From positions 1 through 28,613 of the IMG/VR virus record IMGVR_UViG_3300007523_000059: DNA of 28,613 nt. One strand, given 5' to 3'. Positions 26,401 through 28,613 of the stretch are shown here, one piece after another; within the stretch, counting starts at the first letter, position 1, and every line of letters begins with the position of its first letter. Position numbers and translations under genes: made by a program. A model generated the notes under the pieces. It saw only the letters and a program-made list of their open reading frames with translations, was not told the origin of the DNA and did not search any database. The DNA comes from a virus (lineage: Duplodnaviria > Caudoviricetes).

Positions 26401-26888
26401 ATCAACATATAATAGCCTTTATCAACCAAGTCATTCAACTTATCCAGATCACTTAATCTAGGATCATTTCTCAATGATGTCATATTTTCTTCAATATATG
26501 ATCTATTGAGATCATATCTATTTTTCACATTCTCCTCAGTATCATTAAGAGGATATGACATTAAAATGTCAAAGTTATCACCATTCCATACACCAACTGA
26601 CCAGTGTGTGTTATCACTAACCGATTTGGATGTATTGGCATGTAATTTACCATTTGATTTGAAATTACAATGATCACTCATTCGGTATGTACCATCCAAT
26701 GTTTTACCCCAATCCTTATCCTTACTATAATAAGAATGACTCCATGGACTCTTAGAGAAATAATTACCAAACTTTTTCATCATGAAGTCAACTATTCTAC
26801 AATCAACACTCTTTGGTAAAAGACCAAATAATTGCATTTTAGGACGAGGACCTTTTTTAATAGATTCAATTAACTGGTGCTTTAACAT
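26337..26888 (-). CDS. Hypothetical protein; possibly the 5' part of a frameshifted gene
   Basis: 183-aa ORF starting in the palindromic promoter; the last ~23 aa look out of frame. Confidence 0.55.
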   Translation of the reverse strand: MLKHQLIESIKKGPRPKMQLFGLLPKSVDCRIVDFMMKKFGNYFSKSPWSHSYYSKDKDWGKTLDGTYRMSDHCNFKSNGKLHANTSKSVSDNTHWSVGVWNGDNFDILMSYPLNDTEENVKNRYDLNRSYIEENMTSLRNDPRLSDLDKLNDLVDKGYYMLIWYHIVVVELMVNIRMLKWLG

Positions 26889-26905
26889 TTAATATATATT
26901 AAATG
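26886..26905. promoter_or_regulatory. Perfect 20-bp palindrome carrying two divergent ATGs and TAATATATA on both strands
   Basis: CATTTAATATATATTAAATG is its own reverse complement. Confidence 0.75.
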
Positions 26906-27280
26906 GGAGAATTTGATTTTAGAGATCTATACATAGGATACGAAGGACATCCAAGGTTCCAAGTAAACAGGATTATAACTGATGATGCTATTCGAGTTAT
27001 AGTACAGAAGTACGAAATGATATTATTCACTAATAAAGGTGAATTATTAGGAGATCCTGAATTTGGATGTGATTTACAAATACTTCTACACCAAACCAAA
27101 GTATCTGCTAAAGCAACAAAAGCTATAATCAACGAACAAATTGATGAGTATATTTCAGAATTGAATGGTACATCATACCAATTAGATGTTACCTTCCAAC
27201 AAGATGTTGAAAACTATCAAGATATTATGGTAGTTGACTTCAAAGTAAGGGATATCGAAATACAAGCTGTTATCGTTTAA
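26903..27280 (+). CDS. Baseplate wedge protein, gp25/GPW-like
   Basis: MILFTNKGELLGDPEFGCDL..LL matches the gp25 L.T..GER...P.FG..L motif; 125 aa. Confidence 0.8.
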   Translation: MGEFDFRDLYIGYEGHPRFQVNRIITDDAIRVIVQKYEMILFTNKGELLGDPEFGCDLQILLHQTKVSAKATKAIINEQIDEYISELNGTSYQLDVTFQQDVENYQDIMVVDFKVRDIEIQAVIV

Positions 27281-28611
27281 ACATAAGTGGTTCCTAAAGT
27301 AGCATCAATATATTGCTTACTTGTTAAGTTACTAAATGCTTCTAATTCCTGTATATCCAGTATTCCTCTTATCTCATAATTTTTCTTATCACGATATGTT
27401 GCCCCATATCCATTTTCTGAAGTAACTTCAATAACAAGGTATGGATCAATATTAGAATCTATTGTAAAATTATATGGTTTAAGATCCGAAATTCTTCTCC
27501 TTTCCGTTATATGTTGTATAGGGGTCATGTCATATTCCCTCCATTCAGTAATATCTACCCAATTTGAAGCAGTTGTTCCACTATCAAAAGATGGATTCAC
27601 AAAAGAGGCTGTTGCTGTCGATACGGTTACACCCCAAGCACTGTAAGCATAATAATCCCTATCCTCTTTAACAATATCACCAAGATTATAGAATGTACCA
27701 GATTTCCAAGTTGATATATTTTGATATTTTCTTGGATTATTAGCCTTATTAGTGGGTATCATTGACTCATATAATTTATCCAAATAAACTATTTTCTCAC
27801 CAATACCATATGTTTTCAAAGCATACCACTCACGATATATTTCATAAGTAGATATATCAACAGTATAATAATCTGGATTATATGAATATGTTCCATATAG
27901 ATAAAAATCTAATACACAGTTATAAACTGTTGATCCATTATTAACAGGCATCAAATAGGTTTCATTCAACTTAAATGAGACCGGGTTTAGATTCTCACTA
28001 ATTTTAATTATCTGTATTTCCTTAACACTATGTGATATTGTATTAACTCCAACAAAATCAGCTCTGCCAGTAATATCCAATATTTTATGTGTTATAGGTA
28101 TAATATTAGATTGTAACCAATACTTTAAACCTTGTAATTTTGTCTGTATTTCCTGTAAAGTATAATTAAGTACATTATTACCCTCTCTATCAGTTATCCT
28201 ATATGTCAAATTAAATAAGTTAGTCTCCTCATAACTCTTATTAGGGAATGTGTGTTTTATAAAATCATTCTCTGTCCAACCCTCCACACTATTATCAAAT
28301 ATATCAGGTATTTCAACCTTGTATAATTTATCATAACTTTCTGATAAAATATCCACATTCCTATAATATTCATAAAGCTCAAGATCGTTATATCCAAAAT
28401 GGTTAATAGCGTTTATAATAGACTTATATGATCCTATATAGGGGTATATCATACTTCTCATAAGTATCATCTCCTTTCTCTTACTATTTAGGTATGTCCA
28501 ATCAATACCCTCTTCTTTTATATCATATTCTTTATAGATATAAACATCATCGGATGATATTAATTTACCAGTATTACCAAGTTCAATTTTATATCTTATA
28601 TCTTCTATTTC
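27277..28611 (-). CDS. C-terminal part of a large probable baseplate/tail protein (gene starts right of the window)
   Basis: Frame stays open from 28470 to the window edge (EIEDIRYKIELGNTG...KRKEMILM). YPYIGSYKSI..AI..FGY resembles baseplate wedge K/I-G-S/T motifs; contains two W..G..Y..GD.V-like motifs. Confidence 0.65.
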   Translation of the reverse strand, partial: EIEDIRYKIELGNTGKLISSDDVYIYKEYDIKEEGIDWTYLNSKRKEMILMRSMIYPYIGSYKSIINAINHFGYNDLELYEYYRNVDILSESYDKLYKVEIPDIFDNSVEGWTENDFIKHTFPNKSYEETNLFNLTYRITDREGNNVLNYTLQEIQTKLQGLKYWLQSNIIPITHKILDITGRADFVGVNTISHSVKEIQIIKISENLNPVSFKLNETYLMPVNNGSTVYNCVLDFYLYGTYSYNPDYYTVDISTYEIYREWYALKTYGIGEKIVYLDKLYESMIPTNKANNPRKYQNISTWKSGTFYNLGDIVKEDRDYYAYSAWGVTVSTATASFVNPSFDSGTTASNWVDITEWREYDMTPIQHITERRRISDLKPYNFTIDSNIDPYLVIEVTSENGYGATYRDKKNYEIRGILDIQELEAFSNLTSKQYIDATLGTTYV

Positions 28612-28613
28612 TG

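Noticed and set aside
1-28613. Stop-codon reassignment as in some huge phages
   Set aside because: Core genes are full length in code 11, and TAA, TAG and TGA all terminate genes.

Overview
AT-rich (~30% GC by eye) segment of a large T4-like (jumbo) myophage genome read with the standard genetic code. It holds the head module: gp23-like major capsid protein, a fused gp21 protease/scaffold with 11 x 14-aa repeats, gp20-like portal, gp2-like end protector and gp4-like head completion protein. It also holds a gp55-like late sigma factor, gp15- and gp25-like tail/baseplate genes, a clamp loader, a gmd-fcl GDP-fucose pair, an M28/M20 peptidase and a stand-alone NFACT-R domain. Selfish nuclease genes are interspersed: the 3' end of a TnpB element, an HTH+HNH cassette, a DUF723-type nuclease, and three paralogues with the architecture Zn finger / 7-8 x 23-aa repeats / PD-(D/E)XK-Vsr-like nuclease / GNAT-like domain. 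The most notable signals are (i) the 23-aa repeat arrays with a variable dipeptide at a fixed position, a candidate modular DNA-reading nuclease family, one copy flanked by a 28-bp direct repeat; (ii) a (T)AATATATA motif 4-6 nt before many ATGs, implying leaderless late mRNAs, including a perfect 20-bp palindrome joining two divergent start codons; and (iii) a shared basic N-terminal leader ending in (F/Y/I)-x-E on unrelated proteins, resembling a capsid-targeting/protease-cleaved signal. All family assignments come from motif recognition only; no searches were run.
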